Under the pieces are notes generated by a model. It searched no databases. It worked only from the letters and a program-made list of their open reading frames with translations, and was not told where the DNA came from. Source: a virus (Duplodnaviria > Caudoviricetes). From it: 64,000 bases of DNA. The DNA lies in the IMG/VR virus record IMGVR_UViG_3300020577_005688, positions 77,351-141,350 of that record; one strand, 5' to 3'. Positions 30,204-40,727 of this stretch are shown piece by piece (the stretch's first letter is position 1; the number at the start of each line of letters is the position of its first letter). Both the position numbers and the translations under genes were made by a program.

Positions 30204-32353
30204 AGGCCTGTATTCTCCTGTGATGAGGTTCCTTCGACTTCTTCATCCAGAGCTCGGTTCGGGACCTTGATATCAGACTGAGCGAAGGTAGACGAGGCTT
30301 TCAGGAATGAGCCGCCATATGAGGCCGTCTCAAAATCAGAATCCAGAGCCTCTTGAATCTGACACCTCAAAAACAGATCGAGTGCTTTGTCGAACTTACG
30401 CTCCTCCAAGGAAGCAACAATTCCAGAAACAACCTCCCTTTCTGAAGTTGCCGAGCGAGGGTCGAGAACTGGAACAGCATCGATGAGAGCTAGAAGCGAC
30501 TGAAGAGAGGTCTCAAGGGATTCGAGAAAACTTAGAGAAACATCTCTCTGTGACTGAGGAGCGCCTGCTCGAAGGCTTGAGATTGATGAATCCAAGGAAT
30601 CGAGGTTCACCGCGAAAGGTTGCCGCGCGAACGAGGTTACGAACCCACCCAGCGCGGCGCTGAAGTTTTGGAAAAGCAGATAAAGCGCACTCTGGATGGT
30701 AATCGCGCCTCGCGCGGTTTCGAGAGGGATAGATACCTGGATGCGGTCGTTGGTAATAGAAACGACGGTAGCCTGGCTATTCGAGAATTCTACCCTATCT
30801 CCGATATCGACAATCCCGATCGGATTGATTGGGTCGGTAGAAACTCCAAACACTGTCCCAAACAATCTCAAACTATCTGACGCAGCCCTTGAAGTCCCAG
30901 TCAGTCCAAGGACTGCAGGAGCTCCAACGGTCAAGAAAGTTCCGACCGAGGTAGAGAGAGTCGTAAGCGTTACACCCGTCTCAGTGGTCTTTGCAGAGAT
31001 GAGAGAAGGGAACTGCAATGCAAATCCATCTCGAACCATCTGGGCACTCGTTGACCCAGAACGACCGACACCACTCAGACCGAGTACAGAGATAGGAACT
31101 CTGATTTCGTAGTTTGCAGGAGGTGGTGATGGGTTCGTTACGAGAGTACTTGTTGCCTCGGAGACCGTCAGAATCGATGCAGTCGGATGACTGATCATGA
31201 TCCTGTTGGACGCAGAAGAAATGTAGAAGTCTGCCCTCAGTGTCGAGGCAGGAGCGGGAGCAGCCGCCGCAAGCGAGTTGAAGTTCGAGATGACAGAGGC
31301 AAGGGTTACAAAGCCAGATGTAAGAGGACCAATCTTGAACTCAGTCCCATCAATCTGACCAACGATGTAGTAGTTTGCAGGAACCGAGAGACCCAGCATG
31401 TCGATCGGACTGACAACTGCAGCTCGATTCAAGAAGTCGAAGTTTGACTGTGGGAAGAATGTCGCCGTCTGTGTGGTGCCGTTTACGTTAACGGAGACGA
31501 CCGGTGAAGCGCTGAAAACGAACGGACCGCTTACAGATGTTCGAGAAGCAGCAGCCGGGTCAGACTCAGCTTGAATAGAGTAGCCGGTTGGTGAGTTCGC
31601 GCTGACGACAGGAGTTGAGAGGGATGGCAGGTCTCCAATAACCTTGAGAGCTGACCTATTCGTAATCAGACGAACAGCCATGTCTCTTGAGGCTGGAAGC
31701 GAACCAGCTGCCTCAATGTCAGAGATGAGTGACTCGATATCAGCTCGTGCTCTTGCGGCGGTTGTAAGACCGATGATGGTCGAGAGAGGGGACTCCAGGA
31801 AGTTCTCTACGCCAACTGCCAATGCGTAGAGACGATTGATGAGCTCAGTATGGACCTCTTTCAGAGATGCAAAGGAGGTCACAATGTCAGAAGCAGCTTC
31901 CGTTCCCGGACGTGTGAGCTCTGTCGCTCTCGGCCGCCTCAGGCTCTTTCCGAGACTCTTCGACAAGAACTCAGAGATGGATGAGTCAAATTTCTTGAAC
32001 TGATTGCTGCTTACGGAGACTTTGCTAAGTTGCTCGATTTGAAGAAGAGCTTGGCGTGCTTGGCTCAGTGATGTCGTGTCTTTGACACTGAATACAACGT
32101 TACTGAGGTCCCGGATGGCTGTCCGGAGCTCAGAGATGTTTGAGAGCTCTGTCTGGACTGACTGCCTGAGACCGTTCTTTGCCAGGAGGGCAAACAGAAG
32201 AACGGCTCTTGGCTGAAGCATCAAGTTGAGTGCAATGCTTTCGAAGAGCGCAATAGCTTCTTCTTCAGGAGAAAGAGCTCCTTGTCGACGAGCCTCTGCC
32301 ACTCTTCTCGATAGAAGAGATGTTGCTTGCTCGGTTGTCGACTTCATCGTCAT
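30200..32353 (-). CDS. putative virion structural protein
   Basis: 717-aa coupled ORF with helical ends and a beta-rich middle. Confidence 0.6.
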   Translation of the reverse strand: MTMKSTTEQATSLLSRRVAEARRQGALSPEEEAIALFESIALNLMLQPRAVLLFALLAKNGLRQSVQTELSNISELRTAIRDLSNVVFSVKDTTSLSQARQALLQIEQLSKVSVSSNQFKKFDSSISEFLSKSLGKSLRRPRATELTRPGTEAASDIVTSFASLKEVHTELINRLYALAVGVENFLESPLSTIIGLTTAARARADIESLISDIEAAGSLPASRDMAVRLITNRSALKVIGDLPSLSTPVVSANSPTGYSIQAESDPAAASRTSVSGPFVFSASPVVSVNVNGTTQTATFFPQSNFDFLNRAAVVSPIDMLGLSVPANYYIVGQIDGTEFKIGPLTSGFVTLASVISNFNSLAAAAPAPASTLRADFYISSASNRIMISHPTASILTVSEATSTLVTNPSPPPANYEIRVPISVLGLSGVGRSGSTSAQMVRDGFALQFPSLISAKTTETGVTLTTLSTSVGTFLTVGAPAVLGLTGTSRAASDSLRLFGTVFGVSTDPINPIGIVDIGDRVEFSNSQATVVSITNDRIQVSIPLETARGAITIQSALYLLFQNFSAALGGFVTSFARQPFAVNLDSLDSSISSLRAGAPQSQRDVSLSFLESLETSLQSLLALIDAVPVLDPRSATSEREVVSGIVASLEERKFDKALDLFLRCQIQEALDSDFETASYGGSFLKASSTFAQSDIKVPNRALDEEVEGTSSQENTGL

Positions 32354-32820
32354 TAGAAGTCCTCATCAAAGTCCGTCGGAATCATCCCACGCCTCTTCCC
32401 GATTCTATCTTGCTCATCTCCGAGAGGTCGTCGATCGAGATGCTCCATCTTCATCACATCTTCTTTGGTCAGACCTGAAGCCCAATCCCTGATTGGGTCT
32501 GGATTCAAACCAAGCATTGCACAAATGTTCTCGAAAGAATTGAAGAGAAAGCTCTTTTCGAAGAGCCATTTGTGAGCATTGTCCGCATACTTACGGAGCG
32601 CGAGCCGATTGTCGTTTTTGTATGAGGCAAGGTCAAAGGCCGCTCGAACAATGACACGCATCCAGAGCGCTTTCGGACCGGAGTACCTGTCATCAACTCT
32701 GGCGTCTCCCCTGACTTTAGGGGAAAGGCACGACTGAGCTGAAAGCCACTCAACGAAGGCATCTTCGACAAAGACCTCTGCCCTGGTAAGGGCTTTCAAC
32801 TCTCTCATGATTCCCCTCAA
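32353..32820 (-). CDS. conserved-type hypothetical protein
   Basis: ALW..VI.RA..D...A.KWLF...SFENIC..LGL.PD.IR pattern, recalled from phage/deltaproteobacterial hypotheticals. Confidence 0.55.
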   Translation of the reverse strand: MRGIMRELKALTRAEVFVEDAFVEWLSAQSCLSPKVRGDARVDDRYSGPKALWMRVIVRAAFDLASYKNDNRLALRKYADNAHKWLFEKSFLFNSFENICAMLGLNPDPIRDWASGLTKEDVMKMEHLDRRPLGDEQDRIGKRRGMIPTDFDEDF

Positions 32821-33809
32821 GAAACGGTGACAACCAAAGGAACAAACGTAATGGAGTACGCAGGAACTCGTGCTGGGGTCATGTTCGGTCGAACAGAGAC
32901 GGTCACTTCCAGGGTCCCTGCCTGCTTACCGGTGATGACGACGTTTCCATTTGCAGAATCGTAGGACACATCTCCAACATCGGAGTCTGAGTTCGTGAAT
33001 TCGATGATATGCCCGAGCTCTTTTGAGTAGCCGTAGAAGTTTGAAAAGAGCAGTTCAAAGCTCACGTTTGCAGTGGCCCCAACAGTCAAGGCAACCGCAT
33101 TGTACGGAGCATCGACACTATCCCACGTTAGTGTCACGGGCTGAGGATGGATGAGGTCGATCAAGTTTACGGAGGACCTGTCTGGGACTGATACGCACCA
33201 GGGGACATCCTCCTCACCAGCAAAGGAGATGTAGAACTGACCGAGGCGAATCAGGTCAACACTGATGCGGCCGTTTTGGTCTGTCTTCGCTTCAATCGTT
33301 TGAGACGCCACCATCTTCCCGTCCAGGACTTTCGGAACTTGAAATCCAGAGAGGAGAGTCGGGGGAGTTGGTGAGTACGATGAAGCAGGAGTGAGAGAGC
33401 CTACGTCTTGAATGGCTGTGATTCTGAGAAGATTGCCAACAAGAGGCAGTCCTCTGAAATCGACGAACTGCCCAGTACATCGACAGAGACGTGGGTCAGT
33501 AGCAACTGGAAGGGTTGTCAGAGTCCCTGAGACGTCGAATACATTTGATTGGGGAGGCGTGATGGGTTCGATGACTGCGATTCTCTGCGGGTTCGAGAAC
33601 AAGACTCCAGCCTTGAAGAATCGAACTTCGTAATTTGTCCCAGGAGACACACTCCCAGGAAGAAGGAAGGCAGCCTGTCCGAGAGCGTCAGTAGTCCCAC
33701 TTGCGACCAAAACAAGAGTCGTCGCATCATAAACATTGACGACGACACCCTCGATAGGACGTGAGGGCGCTTGGGTGTCCTTGACGAAGATGTCAACACT
33801 GATGGCCAT
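32817..33809 (-). CDS. Ig-like/beta-sandwich virion protein
   Basis: PIEGVVVNVYD...GTTDALG prealbumin-like repeats; C-terminal Big-like domain. Confidence 0.6.
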   Translation of the reverse strand: MAISVDIFVKDTQAPSRPIEGVVVNVYDATTLVLVASGTTDALGQAAFLLPGSVSPGTNYEVRFFKAGVLFSNPQRIAVIEPITPPQSNVFDVSGTLTTLPVATDPRLCRCTGQFVDFRGLPLVGNLLRITAIQDVGSLTPASSYSPTPPTLLSGFQVPKVLDGKMVASQTIEAKTDQNGRISVDLIRLGQFYISFAGEEDVPWCVSVPDRSSVNLIDLIHPQPVTLTWDSVDAPYNAVALTVGATANVSFELLFSNFYGYSKELGHIIEFTNSDSDVGDVSYDSANGNVVITGKQAGTLEVTVSVRPNMTPARVPAYSITFVPLVVTVS

Positions 33810-34738
33810 TAGATGTTCCTTCTAATCAAGTAGGGAGGAACTGACTGGACGGTGAACGGGTCAGAGGCCACCGACAGAACCGACAAAAGGTCGAAGCTCG
33901 CAGTGTTCGGAACGATAAACTCTCTCACGAAGGAGGTTCCTTCGATTGCCACTCGAACCTTCGCGCCCCGAACCAGGGTAAACTGAATGAATCCGTCCAC
34001 CCCACTCTCAAAGATGAGAGGTTGGTGATTTGTGACAGCGTATCCGCTGAGAGCTGAGGGTGGTTGGTCGGCAACTACAATGACCTTGGTCTTGACCGGC
34101 TGACCGTTCAAACCGATGAAGGTCGTTGAGCAGACAGAGACCTGTCCAGAGCCAACGAGAGGAACCTCAGAACCGAAGACATAAGAAGAGAACTCGGAGA
34201 GAGGGTCTACTCCGTTGGCTGAGAACCTCCACCTGTATCGAGCAGAGGTGAGTCCTGATACATCCGAGTACAGGTAGGAAAGAGTGGAAGGAGTCAGAGT
34301 GATTCTTGGGTCCTTTCCAAACACCTTCACAACGGGGAACCCAAGGTCTGCCCCATCCGAGTAGGTAACCTCAACGCTCGAAGCACGACCCGTGGAGGAG
34401 GAAGAGAGACGAACCTTGTTTGAGACGAGAGTCGCAACGCCAGGAGCGACTTCATTGATTCGGTCTACGACCTGCTGCGCAGTCCAGTAATCGACAAGAG
34501 GGCTAAACGAGACAGATACCTCTGACCCGCCGTTGATGATGAACTTGAGGAGCTTCCCGCCCTGTCTAAACGTCGTTTGAGCGGCGAATGACTCCAGGTA
34601 GGCCGCCTGAGCAGAAGAGGCCGTGAGTTCCTGGTAAGTGTCCCCACTGTCAATCGACTGCCACACCTCGATTCGGGTGTAGCCCAAGCCGATGAGGCTA
34701 TCGTTATTGGCGACCAGAATCGAGAGTTGAACAGTCAT
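33809..34738 (-). CDS. putative virion structural protein
   Basis: TAQQVVDRIN...RLSS..TG..SSVEV..G...LGF module is also present in the 12146..16681 N-terminus. Confidence 0.6.
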   Translation of the reverse strand: MTVQLSILVANNDSLIGLGYTRIEVWQSIDSGDTYQELTASSAQAAYLESFAAQTTFRQGGKLLKFIINGGSEVSVSFSPLVDYWTAQQVVDRINEVAPGVATLVSNKVRLSSSSTGRASSVEVTYSDGADLGFPVVKVFGKDPRITLTPSTLSYLYSDVSGLTSARYRWRFSANGVDPLSEFSSYVFGSEVPLVGSGQVSVCSTTFIGLNGQPVKTKVIVVADQPPSALSGYAVTNHQPLIFESGVDGFIQFTLVRGAKVRVAIEGTSFVREFIVPNTASFDLLSVLSVASDPFTVQSVPPYLIRRNI

Positions 34739-34745
34739 CGTTTTC

Positions 34746-34940
34746 TCACTTCTTCAGTTTCGTTGGAGGAACGCTGTCCTTCAACTTCTTTGAAGTTGAA
34801 GAGTAGGTCTCATGTACTTCTTTGTTCTTCTCGATCTCTTGGTCGAGTTGCTCCATGCAGATCTTGAATTCGCCTGTCGATGACCTCTTCTCTTTGGGCT
34901 CCTCAACAACAGGCGTTTCCTTCTTTTTGAAGAAAAACAT
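34746..34940 (-). CDS. hypothetical protein
   Basis: 64-aa ORF with SD AAGGA. Confidence 0.55.
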   Translation of the reverse strand: MFFFKKKETPVVEEPKEKRSSTGEFKICMEQLDQEIEKNKEVHETYSSTSKKLKDSVPPTKLKK

Positions 34941-34942
34941 AG

Positions 34943-35254
34943 CTATCCTTTCTTCGACTGCTGGGTGGACGACAGGTACGACCCAAGTCGTTCAAGAAGG
35001 ATGTTGGTCTCTGCTGTTGTTGAGGTATTCGTCGAGATGACCTTCACGAGCCGCTCGGAGATCTCCTTCAGGTCATTCACTCGCTTCTCATTGACCTGAT
35101 TCAGACTCTCTTGCATCTTCGCTCTCTCGGTGTCGGCTGCAGCTTGAATCTTGTGGCTGTGACGCCAAACGTAGACAATCCCAACAAGAGGGCTCAGCAT
35201 GATGAGTCCGACCACGCCGTACGACTTCACAATGAGTTGAACGAGCTCTTCCAT
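34943..35254 (-). CDS. small membrane protein (TM plus coiled coil; holin-like candidate)
   Basis: YGVVGLIMLSPLVGIVYVW TM helix. Confidence 0.55.
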   Translation of the reverse strand: MEELVQLIVKSYGVVGLIMLSPLVGIVYVWRHSHKIQAAADTERAKMQESLNQVNEKRVNDLKEISERLVKVISTNTSTTAETNILLERLGSYLSSTQQSKKG

Positions 35255-35460
35255 TATGAATCCCTCAGGTAAGAAGCCAAATCTGCGTTTGCTACAGAGG
35301 CAACGACCTTGACCCCAATCTTCTGAATACCCGCTCCGCCAGTTCTTCCACTCAGAACAGCTTCAAGGACCTTCACTTCATTCTCTGCTCTCTTCCTCTC
35401 AGCAGAGATGTAGTCCTTGGCTGTCTGCTCAAGGTCAGCAAGACGGCTTTGACGAGACAT
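35254..35460 (-). CDS. hypothetical protein
   Basis: 68-aa coupled ORF. Confidence 0.55.
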   Translation of the reverse strand: MSRQSRLADLEQTAKDYISAERKRAENEVKVLEAVLSGRTGGAGIQKIGVKVVASVANADLASYLRDS

Positions 35461-35463
35461 GGC

Positions 35464-36306
35464 TTACTCCAAATGAGGTTTCATCTTCCGAAAGATGGAA
35501 GACTTGAGCTTTGAAACTTTGGAGCTGTCCATCTTGAGCTGCTTTGCAATCTCCCCAGGCTTCAGAGAAGGCTTTCCAAAGAGGCCAAAGGTGTACTCGT
35601 GAACAGCCCTCTCCTCTGGAGTGAGCTGGTGATAGATGAGATGAATCACTTCCTGGTCTCTTGAGGATAGGAAGGCAGCCGGAGAGGCATCCATAGAGCC
35701 AGAGGCAATCAAGCCCTTTCTCTGGTCCTTGGAGAGGCGCTTAATCTCCTTCATCGAGAACCCTGTGTGTTCTGCCAGGGTGTGTGCGTCTGGTTCGAAG
35801 CCAAGCCTCTCGGTGAGCTCCGCTTTGGCGGAATTGAACTTACCAATCTTGGCAGCAATCGGTTCTGTAATTCGAGCTACATTCTGATGTGTCTGGATGA
35901 ACCGATTGGCCTTCTTCAGGTAGTTCTGAACCCAAGTTCCGAGCTGAGTACCCTTGTCAGGGTCGTACCTGTGGAGAGCCTCTACCGCTAGTCTCTTGTG
36001 TTCAAAGTCGATGGCCGCGTTTGGGATCTCAACATTGTTCTTGTAGATGCGAGCTCTGTTCTCAATCAGAGGCTGCATCGACTTCAACAACGGCTCAAGA
36101 TGCTCAGGCTTCTTACCGCCTGTATTCCATGTCTTCCAGAGTTCGAGCTCGGTGTGCTTCTTCGCACCGAGTTCCTTCTTCTTCTCGTCCTTCGTCTTCT
36201 CGAACTTGAAGACAGGAATAGGCTTCGGGCTGGGCACACGATTCGCCGCCGAGATCTTCTCAAGGACCCACTGAATGGCCTCTGAATTTTCGGTGGCAGA
36301 GTTCAT
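35464..36306 (-). CDS. phage RNA polymerase sigma-70-family factor
   Basis: Region 2 ALHRYDPDKGTQLGTWV, region 3 LTERLGFEP..LAE, region 4 LTPEER.V...FGL...EIAKQL HTH. Confidence 0.85.
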   Translation of the reverse strand: MNSATENSEAIQWVLEKISAANRVPSPKPIPVFKFEKTKDEKKKELGAKKHTELELWKTWNTGGKKPEHLEPLLKSMQPLIENRARIYKNNVEIPNAAIDFEHKRLAVEALHRYDPDKGTQLGTWVQNYLKKANRFIQTHQNVARITEPIAAKIGKFNSAKAELTERLGFEPDAHTLAEHTGFSMKEIKRLSKDQRKGLIASGSMDASPAAFLSSRDQEVIHLIYHQLTPEERAVHEYTFGLFGKPSLKPGEIAKQLKMDSSKVSKLKSSIFRKMKPHLE

Positions 36307-36310
36307 GTGA

Positions 36311-36766
36311 TTACTTTGAAGCTCCTGAGAGGATGTTGCTATCTCCAGAAGGACCTGAGGTGGGTGCTGTCGTTGGCTTCTTCAATGAGATAGCCGGACG
36401 AGCCACACTTCCAGACCTTCCGGCTACCTTCAGCAACTCTGGAAATCTCCTCTGAGCCTCTGTGAGGTGAGCGCCCGACTCGAAGAAGTGGTGAACGTTG
36501 TAGGCGATTTTGATTTTCTCAAAACGCTCAAACTCCTGCTCACTGGCGGACGCCATCTTCAACAAGTTATCGGCCATCGTCTGAGCACCGGGTGCTTGGA
36601 CAAAGAGCTTGTTCATCAAGTCCTGGTCACGCTTACGGCTTTGAGGAACGTTCTCAAACAGCGCATTCGTATCCCTTCGAGTGTCCTCTCGGGTCAAACG
36701 AACGTACTTCATGAAGTTCAGTTCTTCTTCGCCGAGGTTACCGACTGCTTCTTTGTTCTTACTCAT
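36311..36766 (-). CDS. hypothetical (possible internal virion) protein
   Basis: 151 aa with LLKMA, KIA and LLKVA motifs. Confidence 0.6.
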   Translation of the reverse strand: MSKNKEAVGNLGEEELNFMKYVRLTREDTRRDTNALFENVPQSRKRDQDLMNKLFVQAPGAQTMADNLLKMASASEQEFERFEKIKIAYNVHHFFESGAHLTEAQRRFPELLKVAGRSGSVARPAISLKKPTTAPTSGPSGDSNILSGASK

Positions 36767-37152
36767 TTTGGGCCCACCTTTGGGAGAAGCCCCTTTCGAC
36801 CAATCTTGGGGGCAAGTTGATGAATGCTCTTTGACTTGCTGGCCATCCCCAAGAACTGAGATGGGGTCTTTCCAACCAAGGCCGCTGTCTTCTTCAATGA
36901 CTCTCGATATGCCTTGCGTCTCTTTTCCTTCTCAGTCTGTGCTTTGTGCCAGCCAAAGCCACCAAGCGCACCTACGAGGGTTCCGACAGTCTTTCTACGA
37001 GGGGAGGCTCCCTGAGACGTAGACAGGGAAAGGTCCGCCAGCGTCCTACCAACGACAGAGCCCGTCAACATCGGAGCCCCGACATCGACTGCCTTCTCGC
37101 TGAGCGGCTTCTTCCTCTCAGCTGTCTTGAAGAAGATGGAAAGGGATTCCAT
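36763..37152 (-). CDS. hypothetical basic (possible internal virion) protein
   Basis: FFKTA, KKTAA; glycine-rich hydrophobic stretch. Confidence 0.6.
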   Translation of the reverse strand: MESLSIFFKTAERKKPLSEKAVDVGAPMLTGSVVGRTLADLSLSTSQGASPRRKTVGTLVGALGGFGWHKAQTEKEKRRKAYRESLKKTAALVGKTPSQFLGMASKSKSIHQLAPKIGRKGLLPKVGPK

Positions 37153-37154
37153 GA

Positions 37155-37481
37155 TTACATCCCCTGCTGACGACGGACCTCTCGGCCCATTCTCCAGTCA
37201 TCCTTGGCCTTCTTGAGCTGGTCTCCGGCAAGAGCGCCAGTCGCAAGGAGTGCCAGAGCCTTACCCTTGCCCTTGAGCAAGGACTTGCTCTCCCCAGAGC
37301 TCATCTTTGACATCGTCGCCTTCTTCACCAACTTCTTCTTGGCCAACAGTGTGGAAGCCTTGAAGGGGCGAACGCCGCTTCGAGAGAATCCAGCAATCTT
37401 CTCCAGCTCATCATTGAAACCACGACGAAGTGCGGTCAGCTCAGTATCTGTCATGTTCATGGGGGTCCTCACGGGTGTCAT
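37155..37481 (-). CDS. hypothetical basic (possible internal virion) protein
   Basis: GFNDELEKIAG motif. Confidence 0.6.
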   Translation of the reverse strand: MTPVRTPMNMTDTELTALRRGFNDELEKIAGFSRSGVRPFKASTLLAKKKLVKKATMSKMSSGESKSLLKGKGKALALLATGALAGDQLKKAKDDWRMGREVRRQQGM

Positions 37482-37519
37482 CCGAATCTACAAGGTCAAA
37501 CTTCCAGTGCCAATGGAGC

Positions 37520-40500
37520 TTAGCCCCTCAAACCTGGACCTCCTGAAAGGGCTTCGACGTATGCTCGGACTTGATCCAATTTCTCTTTCCGAACGTCGTA
37601 TCCAGGAGGGATTGGGGACTTGTCTCCTGTGTTGTTGATTCTTGGGAGCAATTTATCCGGTTCTTGGAGAAGTCCTGCGAGCTTACCCTGATCGATAGCC
37701 TTTTCGTCAATTGCAAGACTATGGAATCCGGGCTTTCCTTTCGTAACCGTCGGAACTCCCTTTCCATCGTACGAGATGTCGAGGTCGGAGGTTCCAAAGA
37801 TGTCTGCCATCGTTGCAATCGGTCGGTAGGTGAACGACCTCACAAACTGATCGATGTCTTTTCCTTGAGACCTCACCATCCCGTAAAAGTAGGCGACAAC
37901 ATTCACAGCACGTTCAATCGACAGCTTGGAGATGTTGTCCTGCCTGGTCGCGAGGGTTGCTTGAATTTCTTCGAACTTTGTCTTTGCATCGAACACATCC
38001 CCTTCAGGAGATTCGGAAGCTGAGACGATTTGTTCAGCCAACCCAGAGAAGGCGAGCTCATCAATGATTGAGGTTGTCCCGAAGAAAGGACGATAGATTT
38101 CTTCCCCAATCTTTGCGTTTGCATACTTTGGAGAGAACCAAGTCGGACGAATGACTTCTTCAACAGGCACTTGCTGAGTCACAGTAATATTGACGTCCTC
38201 GTGTACGATGACAGAGCGAAACACCTGCTTCCCTGCATACGTACCAGTCTTCACTGTCACAAGGTCTGGTGATACGACCTCGATGCCGACGATGGTCCCA
38301 GAGGCACCGAACAGGGCCTTTGACCCGGTCGTGATTGTGATGCCAGGTCCTTTTGGAATCGAGACAGTCCTCTGAACTCCAGCGATTCGACCATTTGGGT
38401 CGACTAGATTGTTATCTTGGGATTCAGTTGTCTGTGAAGTCTGAGGAATCTCTTTTGTCAAAGTTGTGGAAGGAACTGACGGATTGGCGGAGTTCCTTCG
38501 GTACGATGCCTTCGCAGTCGTCTTCTGTGACTTCACTTTAGAGGTCTTCGCTGTCTTGACCTGTGGGGTCATTCCAACGAGAGCGGCCAACAGGCTGTCT
38601 CTGGACGAAGCATTGGCCTGTGCGAGTGCTGAATCAGATGTGATAGCAACTCGAATTCGACGAGTCTTCTTTCCAGTGTTCTCGGAGAAGATTCCTACGA
38701 ACTCATCATCCGACCCAAGGTGACGTCGAGCATGGTGCATCTCGACAGTGGTTGTTCCACCATTCTGGTCGATGGTGTGACTGACAGCCCCAATCATTCC
38801 CAACAACTGGTACGGCGCTCCAAGTAGGCTCTTATCCGTTCCATTCCTTTGAACCAGGTCGAGGACCTTCTTGTCTGTGGAGTCAATCGTATCCGATTCT
38901 TGAACCTGTAGGGCGGTGCGAAGAACAGATTCCTTCGGCATGAACGGCTTGAGAATGACAACGCCTGGGAATCCGCACACGATGAACGGATTCAACTTCC
39001 CGGCAATGGCTACTTTCCTTGGACCGAATCGGTACTTGAAGAAGTGGAACAGAGCGGCTCGATTGAGCCAGCTAAGGCGAGCGCCTCTGACTTTATCTCC
39101 CTCTGCTCCGGTCTTCTTGTCTACGGTTGCTGTATTTGCAAGCCACTCTGTTCTTGGAATAATCCCAGTATGCCTCTCATGAGGCATGAGGACTCTATAG
39201 CCACCAACTCCGGCTTGTTTTTGGATCTTCTCCATGTCTAGGCCGATGCTCGGGGCCATCACTACGCCACGACCAAACTGGTCCCTTCCGGTAAGAGTGT
39301 CATATGCTTGAGTGAGTGACCTGGTCACCTCACTCAAATACATTCTGTCAAAAGATACCTGAGTAAAGTGCTCAGGGAAGATGACGTTGCAACGTGGAGC
39401 TGGCGCGAAGAAACAGTCCGGGCGGATGATTTGAGAGCGGAGCCTGGCCGATGAGGAAGTCGACTGAACACCAGTCTTGAACGTTACCTTTGGCTGATCT
39501 GGGGATGCGATTGCATTGAGTGCTTTTTGGATGGAGATGATAGAGTCGTTCACGGACCTCGTGAAGTTGTTTACAGAAGGATTTTGGTAGGAGAGATCAG
39601 CCGCTAGGTTTTGCAGAACATACTTGGCCTGCTCAACAAAAGACGAGATTGTCTTTGCGATAGAACCCACGGCGTTCAACTTCAGAACAACTCCGCCAAG
39701 CTCATCAGACGTCTGCGTTGCAAATCGAATGATTGGAGTCTTGTTAGAGAAGTCAAAGTCCAACGCACTCAGGCACCTATTCTTGATGGTTGAGAGAGTG
39801 GCCGCTGCGGCTTTAACATTCGGATTTTGAGAGAGCTCTGTAGTTGCGTATGTCCCCGTCTCGGTTCCCTCGATTGTTGCGTCGTACTTGGCTGCGGGGT
39901 TCGGAACAACATCATAGTAAATATACTTACAGAGCAAGTTCAACATGTCTCTGAAGGTTACTTGTTGACCGATGTTCTGAAGACCATTTCGAAGCCACTC
40001 GTTGAATACCGTCCCTGAGAACAGTCTCGATGCGGAGCTGTCGTTCTCTTCGGCTACAATTTGAGAGAGGAGTCGAGTTCTGAGTTCTGCAACGGTAAAG
40101 AAATCATTGACTCCTTTATGATGTGTTGGAACTCCTCCCATTGCTTCCAACATGACGATAATGCCACCAGCGAGACCAGACACATTTTGAAGCCCAGGTG
40201 TTTTTGGTGTCTGATTCAGCCACTTGGTGATGACATTACCCTGCTGATTGACAATGTCATCGAAGAGAGAGGCGTTCGAACCGTAGACTGCTGACTGGTT
40301 GTAGAACGCGTTTCCGTTCGGGCCGTACTCAATTGCAGTAGCGTGACAGGCGTCCCAATAACTGGAGAAATCGAGACATTGCAGAACGAGGCTTCTCTGA
40401 CTCGAACTCTGTCCAAACGCAAATCCAATGACTTCTCCACAGAAGAGGAGATGGTACTTCAGTCTATCTTCTGTCTCAGGAATTCCCCGTTGCTTAGCGA

Positions 40501-40717
40501 GTGCAGCTTCTTCTGGAAGGAGAGAGGTCTGGTCCAAGAAGAAGAGATGAACCATCGTCCTAGGCTTCAGGTCCATACCTTCATCAAGAGGGATGACTTG
40601 AATCGAAGCTGTAGCTGGTGAGTTCGGGGTGATGTTGACGGACGCAGAGATTACGGGAACCTCCTGTCCCTCCAAAAACAGTCGAAGCTTGAGCGGCCTT
40701 CCAATCCCTTCAGGCAT
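37520..40717 (-). CDS. baseplate hub/tail protein
   Basis: LRLFLEG.EVPV.S...A.I...VHLFF...LF.GEV...L.C.D hub-like N-terminus; two genes downstream of the TMP-adjacent small ORF. Confidence 0.6.
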   Translation of the reverse strand: MPEGIGRPLKLRLFLEGQEVPVISASVNITPNSPATASIQVIPLDEGMDLKPRTMVHLFFLDQTSLLPEEAALAKQRGIPETEDRLKYHLLFCGEVIGFAFGQSSSQRSLVLQCLDFSSYWDACHATAIEYGPNGNAFYNQSAVYGSNASLFDDIVNQQGNVITKWLNQTPKTPGLQNVSGLAGGIIVMLEAMGGVPTHHKGVNDFFTVAELRTRLLSQIVAEENDSSASRLFSGTVFNEWLRNGLQNIGQQVTFRDMLNLLCKYIYYDVVPNPAAKYDATIEGTETGTYATTELSQNPNVKAAAATLSTIKNRCLSALDFDFSNKTPIIRFATQTSDELGGVVLKLNAVGSIAKTISSFVEQAKYVLQNLAADLSYQNPSVNNFTRSVNDSIISIQKALNAIASPDQPKVTFKTGVQSTSSSARLRSQIIRPDCFFAPAPRCNVIFPEHFTQVSFDRMYLSEVTRSLTQAYDTLTGRDQFGRGVVMAPSIGLDMEKIQKQAGVGGYRVLMPHERHTGIIPRTEWLANTATVDKKTGAEGDKVRGARLSWLNRAALFHFFKYRFGPRKVAIAGKLNPFIVCGFPGVVILKPFMPKESVLRTALQVQESDTIDSTDKKVLDLVQRNGTDKSLLGAPYQLLGMIGAVSHTIDQNGGTTTVEMHHARRHLGSDDEFVGIFSENTGKKTRRIRVAITSDSALAQANASSRDSLLAALVGMTPQVKTAKTSKVKSQKTTAKASYRRNSANPSVPSTTLTKEIPQTSQTTESQDNNLVDPNGRIAGVQRTVSIPKGPGITITTGSKALFGASGTIVGIEVVSPDLVTVKTGTYAGKQVFRSVIVHEDVNITVTQQVPVEEVIRPTWFSPKYANAKIGEEIYRPFFGTTSIIDELAFSGLAEQIVSASESPEGDVFDAKTKFEEIQATLATRQDNISKLSIERAVNVVAYFYGMVRSQGKDIDQFVRSFTYRPIATMADIFGTSDLDISYDGKGVPTVTKGKPGFHSLAIDEKAIDQGKLAGLLQEPDKLLPRINNTGDKSPIPPGYDVRKEKLDQVRAYVEALSGGPGLRG

Positions 40718-40727
40718 CTATTACTCC

